Part shown: piece after piece, positions 45,607-58,279 of the stretch
How positions within the stretch are numbered: position 1 is the first letter of the stretch
Layout: every line of letters begins with the position of its first letter
Assembly (NCBI GenBank): GCA_000708835.1
Contig: DF237183.1
Location: forward strand, 68,791-132,790
Reading direction: 5' to 3'
DNA: 64,000 nucleotides
Origin: Klebsormidium nitens
Taxonomy: Eukaryota; Plantae; Klebsormidiophyceae
Notes under the pieces: generated by a model
What the model was told of the DNA's origin: nothing
Database searches by the model: none
The model's input: only the letters and a program-made list of their open reading frames with translations
Position numbers and translations under genes: made by a program

Positions 45607-47532
45607 ACTGCAAACTTGTCCTATAGATTGTGTAAAGCTTTCAACTCCTAATCTCCCCTATCTCCGAGTACGAATTAAAGGAATGATCATACGAATGTTG
45701 CTATAAGCCGAGCACTCAAAAACAGTGTCTTTCCGAAACCGTCCATTGCGACCTTCAGACAAGGCAGGTCCCTCAATCCCTTTCCGGTTCAGAGCAAGCT
45801 ATATCACGGGTTCAAGTTTGATCATGCTTAAGCACATGATCATGTCGCGTATGTCAAATCAACCTGAGCGCGCACTATGCATCATGGTGAGCTTTGCGCA
45901 ATCAATGATTTCTGATCTATTTGATCGATGGCGCATTAAAGTTCAATTTTTCTGAGTTGCCGTGCATATGACTCGTGTCATGCTCACATTGAAAAGAAGC
46001 TTGACCGGTGTCACTAATGTCATGCGGTTGATGTTTCAGGAGATCGGTCCCTCGAACGCATCGCTCACTCCAATCCTCTCACGGCCCACGCCCTTTCATA
46101 GTATATATCAAGCAACAGTGCTTGTTGACAAGCTGCATCTGGATGAGCTACGAGCTGCCACTAGCACCTCGGGCCCCCCGTTTCGCGTCCCAATTGCTCT
46201 CGGCGTTGCAATTTGCGGCTGCATAATGTGGGAGCCCGCACGCATCTTCGGATGCTCAAAAGGCTCGCGTCTGCTACGATCCAACAGAGGTGACCTGAGG
46301 GATGGCTTCGGAATGATGCACAACCAAGGCCGGAGCGCAGGCCAACTGGTCGACGATTTGTTGCATAGGTAAAGCGAGGGCGACGCGGCCCCTTGGAGGG
46401 TATTTAAAGAGTGCAAACGGGATCGCCGTTCCGAATCGGGAGCCACAAGCGCTGGATATGGAACCTGTTTGCGAGCGTCGGAGAGTATGCAACGAACTCA
46501 AGAGCCGACCTTGTGAAACCGCACGAAAATAGAGAGCTGAGTGTGAATTAAGGCGCGCCTCTTGCCCGGAACGTCAAAAGACTCACATGCAAGCCTTCAC
46601 ACTCCCTTGCCCGGCAAGGTCTGCAACCACAGCAACGCTATGCTCGTATCATCACCACTGTCGTACACACCTTTCGTGTACCCAGCTAGCGGTACACGCT
46701 AGTTTTATTTCACCACGGATTAACTAGGCATGTTGTATGATAGGGAACTCGCACAACGGCAAGCAGGTATATACTATACTTCGGTAGGTAATGTACGAAA
46801 GGCCGCGCTCGTAGAGCCTTGTACGTTGTACACTACGACCACAATTTGTTTTAGCCCAATAAGCATGAATCCGACTGTTTAGACATAAGATGCGAACTTA
46901 GTGGACGCAGTCGATACTGATTTTGCTGACAACCAACCAAACAGTCAGTACTTTAGTGCTACCTCTCTCTAGTATACATGCCCAAACCGGTTTGGGATGC
47001 GCATAACTGTACTGACATGGTGCAAAACATTTCCAAGATTTTAGGTTGACAACTGATTCGTCATTCTCGCCACATCAACGCCATGGAGAGCGTTGTTAGA
47101 AAACAAGGGAAGTGTTTATTGGTCACTTTGTGCAAACTGGATTCAACTTTCAGCTTTGATATGGTGGTACACCACTCAACGTTTCTCTACCTTCAGCTTT
47201 TTCACTCCTGTTCTCTAGACTTACACAACGTTTCAACTCTCTCCGTCACTTGTGGTATAAGTATAATCGACTCTCGGCCTCGCTGGCTTTAATTTATACT
47301 GAAAAGACTTTTCAACTGAGAAACCATTAGCCTTTGGACGCCACGGCAGGTGCGGATAAGTAACTTCTGAGCATCAATTTGCCGATTTCCATTAGTCCAG
47401 GCTTCCTTACAGGGTTTCAAGTCCTCGTTTAAATACTGAAAAGAAAAAGTTGGCTACACGAAATTTTCCCCACTGGCAGCCTTCTAAGCCTTGACCAAGG
47501 TGCTGCAGCAAAGACAAAACGACAGAAATATC

Positions 47533-50500
47533 TCAGTTCGAGTTCATCTGCAGTCTTCTGCAAACGGCTGCGACATGTTACAAAGCAGACATGATGCACA
47601 AGCAACTTGCTCTTTTCACACGTGTAATGAAACATCCGGAAGGAGCTATCCTCGAAAATTATGCATTCTCGACAATCCAATTAGCAGGTATCCCCGCCTT
47701 CGAATCCTTCCCAAACTCAGCCACCACAAGTGTTCGCTGGATACAGACAGTGCCGGGAGTAGAGACGCGCTCACCTGTTGTAGAGGGCGAAGGTGGCGTT
47801 GTGGGCAGCGACGTAGTCGTACGGGTGCTTGATGTTGTTCTTCACAATGGCGTTGATGGTCTTGCTCAGACTCTGCAGCACGCAAGATGGGAAATCAGAC
47901 TCGCCTCGACGAAAAGGCAGAATATCCAGCTCAACTCGTTATATACATCGCGTCAGTCGGTCAGCCCAAGGGTCGGCTACTGAGGATGGTCCCGAGTAGG
48001 CCGGCTACTGGCACAGAGATTGTCAGCACTACGGAAAGGCCAACAGAAGACACCGAATGTCGTCGTCCCGGACGCCTCAGAAGACATGCTGGATCACGAT
48101 AAGACAACGTTGTGGAGAAGTTCACGTATGCTTCTGAGGATATGCAGCCGTACTAAGGAAGCTCTTTTGATCGGCCGCAATGACAGGCGTTCGAGGAGGA
48201 TCACATCGAGACTGAGCTTCTGCCGCAACGTGCGCGCGCGCTCACGTTGAGGGTGGCCCGGACGGGGAGCCCGTTGGCGCTGGTGTTCATCTGGCGGATC
48301 ATGGCGAGGCCCTGGTTGTCCAGGTACTTGGCGACGTAGTTGTTGTCGTCAGCGTACACCTTGCTGGGGGAGTAGACCGCGAACGACGTGATGGCCGCCG
48401 AGATGAGCGCCGCCACCAAGATCGTCAGAATCCACCCGCCGAACGTCTGCAAAAAGAGGGAGCACAAACTCGCGGGTCAGCACAGATAACAAGGGACATT
48501 CTAGAAGGTCAGAAACAAGGTGCAAAGTGTGGAAGGTTGGGAGGGGCAGAACTGGACGCGTCCAAAGAAAGATGGAAACAGTACAGGAGACAACATCGGA
48601 CCAAAGCTCAAGCTTTGATGGAGAATCACTGTTCGTTCCAGATGTTGCAACTGAAATAGTTCGACCGAGAACTCTTCTCTCCCAAAAGAACTTAGCGGAA
48701 TCGACCTTTGAAGACAAAACAGGCATGTGCCGCGAAGCAAGAGCGGTGCAGCCCGTACCCTGAACATGACCCTCCAGTTGACGCCCTTGGAACCCTCGAA
48801 CAGCCCCATCGCGATGATGGCTCCCGTCAGCACCTGCGTCGTCGACACGGGCAGGCCTGCGCAAGCAACCAAGACAACCCGGGGTGAGCGCGGGGCGCAC
48901 GACAGTCGACCAGGCGCAAAGGGCGCGGTTTTGTTGCAGGAAGTCTTCAAACGAAATACCCAAGGCGGAGGTGACCACCCCGTGTCTCCGCGGGGAAGGG
49001 CCACCCAGGATGAGAGGAACGAGCGTTGAGAAACACGGAAGCAAAGTCATCGGCAGATCCCCTAGAAAGGACGTGATCAGAGGCCGGAGCCTAAGAAGGA
49101 GACGGGTGGGAGGTCGCACCATAACGCGAGGAGAGGATGACAATGGCGGCGGTGGACAACTCGCAGCAGAAGCCGCGCGAGTTGGTCAGCTTGACGGACT
49201 TGACGCCGAACACCTGCATGATCTTGTACCCGTACGTCGCGAGGCCAACCACGATACCCGCACCACCTGCAGTGAGACAAGCACGGCAATCAGCAAAGAG
49301 CTTGTGGCTTCAGTGCACAGAGCCTTTCATGACAAGGAGTTTTCATATTAGCGGAAAAGTACATACCAAGCAGGAACAACCGTGTCGAACATGAGAATCT
49401 GATTCGAAGGCCGCGAGTGTGCGACGAGCTGAGCAGGCCCTGACCATACGCCAGAATCCACTTCTCGACGCTGGACTTGGAGGGGACCTTGCTCGTGTTC
49501 CTGCAAGTACAGTCAGAACATGAGAAGAGGGACAATCTGTAGAGAGTAGAGGTGGAGGGGAGAGGGCGACAGGACCGGCACTGGACATTAAGGTCCCACG
49601 GTCTTAGGACGAAACACGAAGCACGAGAATCTGAAAGGAAACTTCTTGCCGAAGGCTGACGTGGGCTGTGAAAACCTCACAGCTGCGCATCATTCACTAA
49701 CGAAGCAAGCTGAACGCCTCACTCGAGGACACAAGCTGACTCGAGGCAGCTTGAGAAGCGCCCTGAGGAAAGGATTTCTTTGTTGAGCTCACCAGATGGT
49801 GTAGATGGCGGAGTAGGGGCCCATGGCGTTGGCAACGTCGTTGGAGCCGTGCGCGAAGGACATGACCATGGCGGAGAAAACCTGCGCAAGCACGTGCCGA
49901 GGATGAGGACGGCCGCAGCAAAAAAGATACCGAGCAAGTGCAGTGCACGTCCGACTGACTGACACGAGAGATTCACCGGATACAAAGCACCCAAACTAGT
50001 GAGCTTCCCAACGCAGTCACAAGCCCAATACAAACTGGCGTTGCAGTTTCAAATTTTGACACCCTGATGAAACGCCCGGCACAGTTACGGGCATGTCTGG
50101 TGCGCGTGCCGTTACCTGGAGGTAGCGGAAGAGGCGCTCCGTCTTGAAGTCGAACACCTCGGCGCCCTCCCACATCTCGGCCACGTGGTCGTCCTTGGCG
50201 ATGGCGTCGTGGATGTCGTAGTTGGCGCCGTACATGACAGTGCGCACCAGCGAGTTGCCGAAGATGACCTTGCCCGCACCCGTCTCCGCGAACTTGTTCA
50301 CGCCCATCTTCTCCATTGAACGGTTCCACATCGTGTTCTTCGCTGCTCGAGGAGACAAGGCGGGAGCGTCGTTGAAAGCACTGCTTATGCCGACATTCTT
50401 TGAAACAGGTGTATTTCATGCTCGAAAGAAGCCAAGGTGCCGTGCGCGTCTGAAAAGCCTTGAAGCATGCACAGAACCATTTCGAAGTGGTAACATCCTG

Positions 50501-53500
50501 GCCACAAGCGCATGACACAGGTCTGGCTGCCCCTCACCATCCGCGGCAGCCTCCACATCCGCCAGTGCGCGCAGGCGGGCGGCCTCCTTGGGGTCCAGCT
50601 CGCCAGCCTCGATCTTAGCCTCCTCCAGCTTGCGCGCCTCGTTCACGCTGCAAAGATAAGCAAGGGGGGCTAAGGAGAGGGAGAGGAGGAACGTCAAAAG
50701 TGCTTCGAACCACTGACAAATCTGATAAAACGAAAAAAATCTGGTATTGATGCTAGGAAATCTTCACGAAACGAGGCTTAGTGCCAACCAATCTCACCAC
50801 TTCCCGACAGAAAATCTCACTTGTGATCCCAACCAGAAAAGAACTGCCACGAGTAAAAATGGCAGTTTTTCTTACAATCCCTTTAACACCTGTCCCAGTG
50901 GACGATATTGCTTCGCCTGCTTCGCCTAGACTGGGCGAACTCTCGTGACTACCTCTCAGGTTAGATGGCAGCTGTGGCTGCATGTGGCGGTGAGCAGAGC
51001 GTGCTCACCGGTTGTTCTCGTCGCTCTGCGCATGCACGGCCTTGTACAGGAAGGGCATGACGAGGACGATGGTGAGAAGTCCCATGCCGACAGCCACCAC
51101 GACGCTGACCCACACCAGCTTGTCGTCGTGCACCTGCACACACAGCGCGCAACAAGTGTCAGCACGGAACACTTGAACCGCAGAAAATGGCAAACGCAGA
51201 AGGAGATAGTGGTCAAAGGCAGGCAACAAACAGCGGGGATGAACTTCTGTATCGTTTGTGTGATCTTCCTCCTGTAAATAACCTCCACACAGCAAGCTCA
51301 AAGCCAGGCTCTTCTCATGTCAATCCTTGAGCCTCAGGAAGGGCGGCCCTGGCAAGGTTGCAAGTGAAGACAAAGAGAGCGCGGGACTAAGGAGGCAAGG
51401 CGGGTGCATGCACACTGACCCTGTCCCAGCTGGCGTTCTTGTTGCCGGTCTGGATGATGAAGATGACCACCACGAAGAAGGTGCAGGCCACCAGGAGGGG
51501 GAAGAGCTGCAAGACACAAGCAGACACGCTGTCACCTACTTGCGTGGGTGCAAACAGCGCAGATACAGGGTAGAAACAAAGAGGGCAGATTTTAGGCTGA
51601 CGCTATTAACTATTAACTAGACTGGGTGAAGAACTTTGCAGGCAGAGAAAAGGCTTGTTCGTTCATCTCTGCTTGAGGCTGCACAGCAACGACTGCACTG
51701 GAATCGCAACAGGCAGACCACGAAGGGGAGTTATCCTGCGAGATCTCGAGCTTGCTCACATAGAAGGCGCGGGTGAAGGAGTGAGGGGAGCGGAGGACAA
51801 AGGTGCGCAGCAGGCCGAACAGGATGGCCACTAGGGCGCCAGAGCACAGCGGAGAGATGACCCACTGCAGGGCACACAGACCAGGGTTAGCGCACAACCA
51901 CAGACATGTGGCACCGCAGAGGGAAAGATGGACTTGGCTTCAGCAGACTTCAGGCAGAGAAGGTAGCGGATAACCAGACAGCATAAAAAACATACACGAC
52001 ACATAACCAGTCTCGAAGCAGATTCATGGCAATGACTGTTTTTTTAAGGTCTACTCAACGATGTTGCGCACAAGGTGGCAGCCACTTTCTCAACTCTAGT
52101 AGGCGCGAACCAACCAGCACCCCAACGAGTTGTGGGGGGGTGTTGCAGAAACTGAGATAGTAGCAGTGGCAGTGCCGTACCTGGAGGAAGATGATGCTCA
52201 TGCCCTTGAGGTAGGGGAAGTCGTTGTCGCGCGTCGCAGGGTTGATGTTCAACTTGCTCCACACCACAGCGTACCGCCCGCGGATCACCCACGCCATGCC
52301 AACCACAGCACCAACTGCGGCCAGCAGAGGGAAAACAGTTATTAAGCTTGGCAAGAATCCAGCGGCAGAGAACGTACCAAGCAAAGAATCCAGAGGCAAA
52401 GCACCTATCGAACAAAGGACGCCATTCATTATATGCAGTCAACAGGGATAGACTGAAATGTACATTCCTGGAAAAATCCTTGCTCTGATGAACGGATCCG
52501 CCAGACCAAACACTTCGTCTAAAGATGTTGTCCATGTTGTATTTTGGACTGGGAAGTGATTGTGCTCTCACGCTGCTAAGGCTGGCAAAGTACCTGTCGC
52601 ACATGATAGGCCAGTGAAGAGAGACAATTGGTGTGCCGAAGCGGCGGCTGACCTGTGGTATGGGTAGTGGAGACGGGCAGCTCGAGGTGGCACGCGAAGT
52701 TGTCCCAGAAGGCAGCCGTGATCATCACCGCCAGCATGCCCATCATCAGCAGGTCTGCAACAGGGAAATGAGGAGTTATCACTCTCTGATCCTTCTTGAT
52801 TTACAATGCTTTTCCGGAAACATCCAGGGGAGACTGCACTTATAGACTGACAGGCAGACGGCCCGTGCACGACGTGGATACTGGAACCCTGGGGCACTAC
52901 TTGCTTGGTGGGAAGCATACCTCTCATGAGCACTTCCATCTATCCCTATTCAAAAGGAAAGTGTGAGCCTAAAGCAAGGACGAGTACTTAAGCCAGACTT
53001 CCTAGAAGGAGGGGAGCTATTGGAAGGCCAGATTCTCTTAGCCTTATGCTGCCTTTCCTCCTCTGCCAGACGCATGTGCCAGCAGTTGCCTACCTGGGGT
53101 GTTTGTGAAGAGGGATACGTTGGCAATCTTGGAGCGGATGGCTGCACACAGAGTGAAGGGGCCAGTCAGCAGTGACGATATCAGGCAGTAAACAGCCACA
53201 GAATTAGGTGCAGATAAGCACAGCCATGCCCATTCTTAAGCAGAGGATAGTAACTGTCTAATCAGGGGCTCTCAAACTAGGAATGATTGAAAGTGCTTCC
53301 TTCTCAACAACACATAAGTTAGCGCTGTGTTCGTGCTTAACGAGCAGACCAAGATTCCCTTCATTGTGAATCACGCTATAATCGGCGTCTGCAAACCAGC
53401 TTGCAACAAGCCTCCCATGTTATACAGTGCAGAACAACCAATTGAACGGCTTTGTAGAGAGGAAGCACAATGGCTTGTTAACTGAGCCTTAGTGCAGCTT

Positions 53501-54112
53501 GACCCCAGAAGAAAAGGCCCAAGAGGCGCTTACTGTCAGTCACCCCCGCTCCGAGCAGCAGCGCCCCCAGGAACTCGCAAACAGCCGCCACCAGGAGCGC
53601 CTGGGGCATAGTCAGGGCCTTGGACCCCACAGACGTGGCAAAAGAGTTGGCCTACAAGCAGGGGGCAAAGGGAGCAAAAGCAGTTTAGAGAGAGGGTCCC
53701 ATGAGGAAAGATACCAAAGTGCTGAGGGGACAGAGATCACACCCAAGGTACCGCGAACAAGAACATGCAAGAGGTTACCAAAGCTGGTCACTCCCAGTCC
53801 TATCCAGGATGCCTGACTGCTTTTCGGTCCCATATACATGCGGTGTTGCTCCAGGCAACTCTGAGAGAGAGACTGCTCTGGGACACTGTGTGACTATGCA
53901 AAGATGAGGAGTGAGAAGGAAACTTGCGAGAAGACCATACTCTGCGAAGGAAGTTACTCTTGCACAATCCTCTTGGCAACAGGGCGATGTTGCAGTACAA
54001 ATACAGACTTGGCAGGTTAACTCACCAAGTCATTGGCTCCAATGCCAAAGGCGCAGATGAAACTGAAGATGGTAGCGATCACAAAGATCCATGTGTACTC
54101 CGTGTACTGCAT
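47533..54112 (-). CDS. PTB: PiT/PHO4-family phosphate symporter (PTB/PHO89-like, no plastid transit peptide), about 17 exons; last exon uncertain
   Basis: Starts MQYTEYTWIFVIATIFSFICAFGIGANDL|ANSFATSVG (54112-54026, then 53651-53534). Has LPVSTTH, a second signature FAHGSNDVANA, GLPVSTTQ and SRGFCCELSTA. A C-terminal extension follows in exons 48446-48246 and 47872-47775. The stop position near 47533 is a guess. Confidence 0.93.
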
Positions 54113-56301
54113 CTTGGCGGCTGGCCCTCACAATAGGGGGAGGGGTAGTGGGAGCGGCAGCTGATAGGCTGGAGGAGAGCAGAAAACAAGACGAGTCAGA
54201 AGCAAGAGCCACTCCTATCCCACTAACCATCTGGAGTACTTGGAATGAGTGTTGCCCTCGGTGCAAACCTACCTGATACAGGAACTAGGACCAGGCTACA
54301 TTGTGGTCTATGACCTGGACAAAGTGCTGGTGCAGTCTTGCAGATAACTCTCCCGCTCCTGTCTCCTGCCGCAGTTTTTTATCATCTGGGATGACAGTTC
54401 CACCTGATTGTGGCACCCTTCCAGCCTCTCAAGAACGAAAGTGAGTGGCACACTGTGAGGAACAAACAACACGTGCGGAACAGACCTGATGAGTAAAGGG
54501 GTAAATGTTACCTTACCTGCAGGGGCTGTGCAGAGGTGCGGCGGCGGCGGAAAGCTGGCTAGCTGCAGATGGCTAAGCAAACCGTGGAAAGGTGCCAGCT
54601 TCAGTGACTTGCAGGAATACCGTGCACTAAAGACGAGCTCGGTGGTAAGGAGTCTCGGTGCACTTAAAACTTGGAAGGCGAGCTTGAATGCGAAATGGCC
54701 TTGATTGCGCCGAGTCGTCAAACTTTATTGCTGCTGCCTTGTGGATCCAAGAAATGCTGAGAACTGCAGCAGGGAATCCGATCTTTGAATGCCAGCGAAG
54801 TTGTTACGAAGATGTTCTCCACTTCCCAGAGAGCGGCTTGGAGGGGATCTTTGATTGACGTCCTACATATGGGCTGCATACCGTCAGCCTGACTTGAGCT
54901 CCGCTTCGGTTTGTGTGGCCGTACCAGTTTCAGGTTGCTACCCAGTTATGGCATAGGATGTCGTCGACGGCATAATATATGCAGAGTAAGTGGTCTGACT
55001 CGGGAGGCATGTGTGAAATATGTGGTCATCCCCTGTGAAATTTCACTGCAAAGATGAAGTCATTTTGATATCTCCGAATATATCATTTCTCTCATTTCAT
55101 GCTGCGTCATGGGGTTAATGACTCAGAATGGAGGACCAAGAATTATCGTGCCGTTCTCAATCTTGGCTGCTTATGGGCATTGAAAACCCAGGAAGAGCTC
55201 AAGTGCTAGGAGGTTATGCCCAGAACACATGCCAATTTCCAGCCTGGTACAAGCGGTCAGGTCCGCCAAATGTGTGACCTTCGTCAGCATTTACGTTGAT
55301 ACATATGGTCATAGCGAGCCCTCTGCTATGTCTCTCTGCTTGGCTTTTGAATCTTTATCGGGACCCACCTGCCATTGTCAGACAGAGGCTGCGCGCATTC
55401 CCACTCCACCGCTAGGCTCACCTCCCGGCATGCCGCATACCTACTACCGGTACATACTAAAGGTACTAAGCCAGTACTAGGTAGCTTGATCGACTCCTGA
55501 CGACTCAGCCGGCTGGGACCCAACTTGCGAGGAGGGAGTGTTAAATGCCCGGCCAGGGCCCTCGGGGCATGTGAAGCAATATCTGGCATACGGCAATGCC
55601 CTCTCCGGGACGAAAGCGCAATCCCATCGGCCATGCGATTGCAGTGATGATGCCGAGCATTGCCGACTCTGAAGTAAGTGGCGGTACCCACCACCTCGAT
55701 CTGGTTCAGACCACGGCATCTAGGTCAAGACCTCGTGTGGATCTTCACCGTTTGCAAGCACTGACCTAATGCTCAAAAACCACATGCTTATAATGGACCA
55801 ACCGACTCCCTACCAGGCCACCGCGCAAGGTACTCCAGTCCTTTTGATCGAGACCGACGGTGCCCGGAGGAGAAATTCAAAACTCGGCAGGATATCCGGA
55901 TTCTGATGCCAAGCTTCTCACCATATGTACGGTTAGCTGTCTGACATCGTGTCACGGTACTCGAGGTAGGTAAACGAACTGGTACCGTCGGTGGGATCCG
56001 GCCAGGCCGAAAGGAATCTTTTGCCACCAGCCTGGAAGGAATCTTTTTCACTATGTCGCCATTTTTGTGACAAGAACCCACTCCTACCAAAGGGGCCAGT
56101 AGGATGTCCCGGGAAGATGGATGACTAGCGACTCTCAGAATCACCCAACCTTGGAAGATGTGCAGAAACACAATTTGGACCCTCTAAAGGACCCGAGCAA
56201 AATTGGTATTGGACGTTTTCTAGTGTTGGCTTTCAGAGGGAGACAAATCCGGCAAATTCGCTAAAGGGACTTGACAGCCACAGTGTCGGGACTCGGGAGG
56301 A

Positions 56302-56621
56302 TTAATTGATTATAGAGTTAGACGGTATAATCAAAGGCTCACGATAAACGGAGCCAAATAAATGCGCGAGCGAATTGCTCGCGACATCAATTCCTATCTA
56401 CAGGTCCCCGGTACTGCACCCCGTGCGTACCGCGCCAGCTGTTGCCAACACGACGCCACGCCCAGTGCACTTCCCCAGCTGTCCCGCCAGCGCGACCGCG
56501 AGCATCCATTGCATGCACGCGCAAATCAAGGCGGGATCGGCCGACGTCGCATCAGCCAGGCGAAGATTGAAGACCTAGCGAGCATAACGTAGTGCAGATT
56601 GCAATGTAGTGAATGACTAAG
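56302..56621 (+). repeat. Left terminal direct repeat A1 (320 bp)
   Basis: TTAATTGATTATAGAG...GAATGACTAAG; differs from A2 by 2 single-base indels and 3 substitutions. Confidence 0.95.
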
Positions 56622-56715
56622 GGCAAGGGCCCCATTTGTAGCTCATTCACAAATTCTCTTGCAAGCGAAATTGCTTGCGCAGTGACTTTTTCCCTCAAGA
56701 CGCTCGGTCGCCACC

Positions 56716-58279
56716 ATGTCTAAGATACCTCGCCCGGATATTTCCCCAACAGCCTTTCAGGACGGGGATGAGGTGCTCGACTATGGGTCGGACAATGACC
56801 CGGAGAGCATCGAGGTTCCTCTGGTGCGACACGACTCGGAGCGCCAAGCTGCTGCCGGTGGGGCCATCCAAGCAGGAGCCCAGCACACCGGACGCACCGA
56901 TTCGGCATGCACGAGGTGCTGAGGAGTCGACTCTCCCCCGGTTGGGGGGGAGAGGTCGCCCGCGCATGCGCGCCTTGATTCCACTTGGTGAGGACAATCC
57001 TCCAGCGAGTGGCCCCGTCAATCTTGGCATGCATGCAAGGGGGGGTCCCCCCATGGTATCTCGCGGGGGTGTATCGTTCAATGCTCGTATTCCCGGATTG
57101 GGTCAGGTTGTGTCCGATACTCGCCCTTCCCCTGCATCGGTCGAAGATTCGACCCTCATGCTTCAGTTGGCTCAGGCCCAGGCTCAGTTGGCAGCCAAGG
57201 AGGCCGAGCTTCGACAGCTTAGGGGGGCAGCCCAGCGTCACACTGCGTTGCCTAACCCCCCCGTTTCGTTATGGGAGCCCCCTGAGGGCCCCCCCCTTTC
57301 TCGCCCGTCCGTATTGGACCGGCTTGAGCCGCGCCCCTCGGCTTTCGACCGCCTCAGCGCGCCACCCCCCAGCATGCCCACCAACGCCACCATGGGACGT
57401 CAGCCCGGTATGGACCGGGCCATGCATGACTTCTTCATGGCGGGGGGCGAATCTTGGCAGGGGCCGCGCACGGGGCAGCCACCCAGGGGCTCCTTCGATC
57501 CGTCTGCGCCCTTGGGCGCAGACCCAGGTACCATGTTTCCTGGCTCGGTTGCTCCCCCAATTCGTTTCAGACCCCCACGGGCTCTCTTGGTTGATGATTT
57601 TCTCCCTCGGTTCCTGTTGGATTCTCCCGGTTACTCTGATTTTGGGTCACAACAGTTAACTGTTGACCCAGATACTCATGCCATTTTGGTTGTTCCCGAC
57701 ACCAGAGACGGGAAGCCCCGACCGTCTAAAACCCGCTGCCCGAATTTGGCAGTGTGGATACAGGCTAACACGACGATCGGAGATCAGTTGATTGAGGCAG
57801 GGGCTACGAACCGGTTCGAATATCAGCGTCACACAGGTCATATCCTTCGGTTAGCTCAGAAGTGGCCCTTCTCTGTGGTCCGAGATTTGGACCGGGAGGT
57901 TCGCTATCGTCAGTGGGAGGAGAATGATGCATTTGGCATAATTGACCCAATTATTCTTGCGTCACATGCATCCACTGCAGTTGCCGCGTCATCGAAGGGC
58001 GCTTCGAGCATTTCGAGCGCCCACGACGATTCATTTCGGGGCGGGCCACCCCACCGGGCGCCTCGCTTGAGCCGTGCGTCGCCCTCTTCTTCCCCGGCGT
58101 CTTTCACCTGGGGCGTCGACAAGTGGCCCCGGAAGTACTGCTTTAACTGGCAGAGCAACAAGCCCTGCTCTACCGACCCCTGCCATTGGCCCCACACCCA
58201 CGTGTGCCGCTGGTGCGGCGACCCCAACCGCTCTCCCGAGCATGGCAACGCCTGCAACCAGCGCCCTCAGAAGGAGTAA
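56716..58279 (+). CDS. gag: Gag-like ORF1, with one apparent +1 frameshift near 56900
   Basis: The ATG at 56716 (MSKIPRPDISP...) stops at 56922 while the +1 frame stays open to 58279. C-terminal finger YCFNWQSNKPCSTDPCHWPHTHVCRWCGDPNRSPEHGNAC is typical of DIRS/Ngaro gag. Confidence 0.8.

Noticed and set aside
45960-46510. ORFs at 45962-46372, 46108-46446 and 46274-46501
   Set aside because: Mutually overlapping, with no motifs or convincing splice chain.
55890-55897. GGATATCC, a P1BS-like (GNATATNC) site upstream of the phosphate transporter
   Set aside because: A single hit about 1.8 kb from the ATG, inside the suspected foreign tract; about 0.5 hits are expected by chance in 2 kb.
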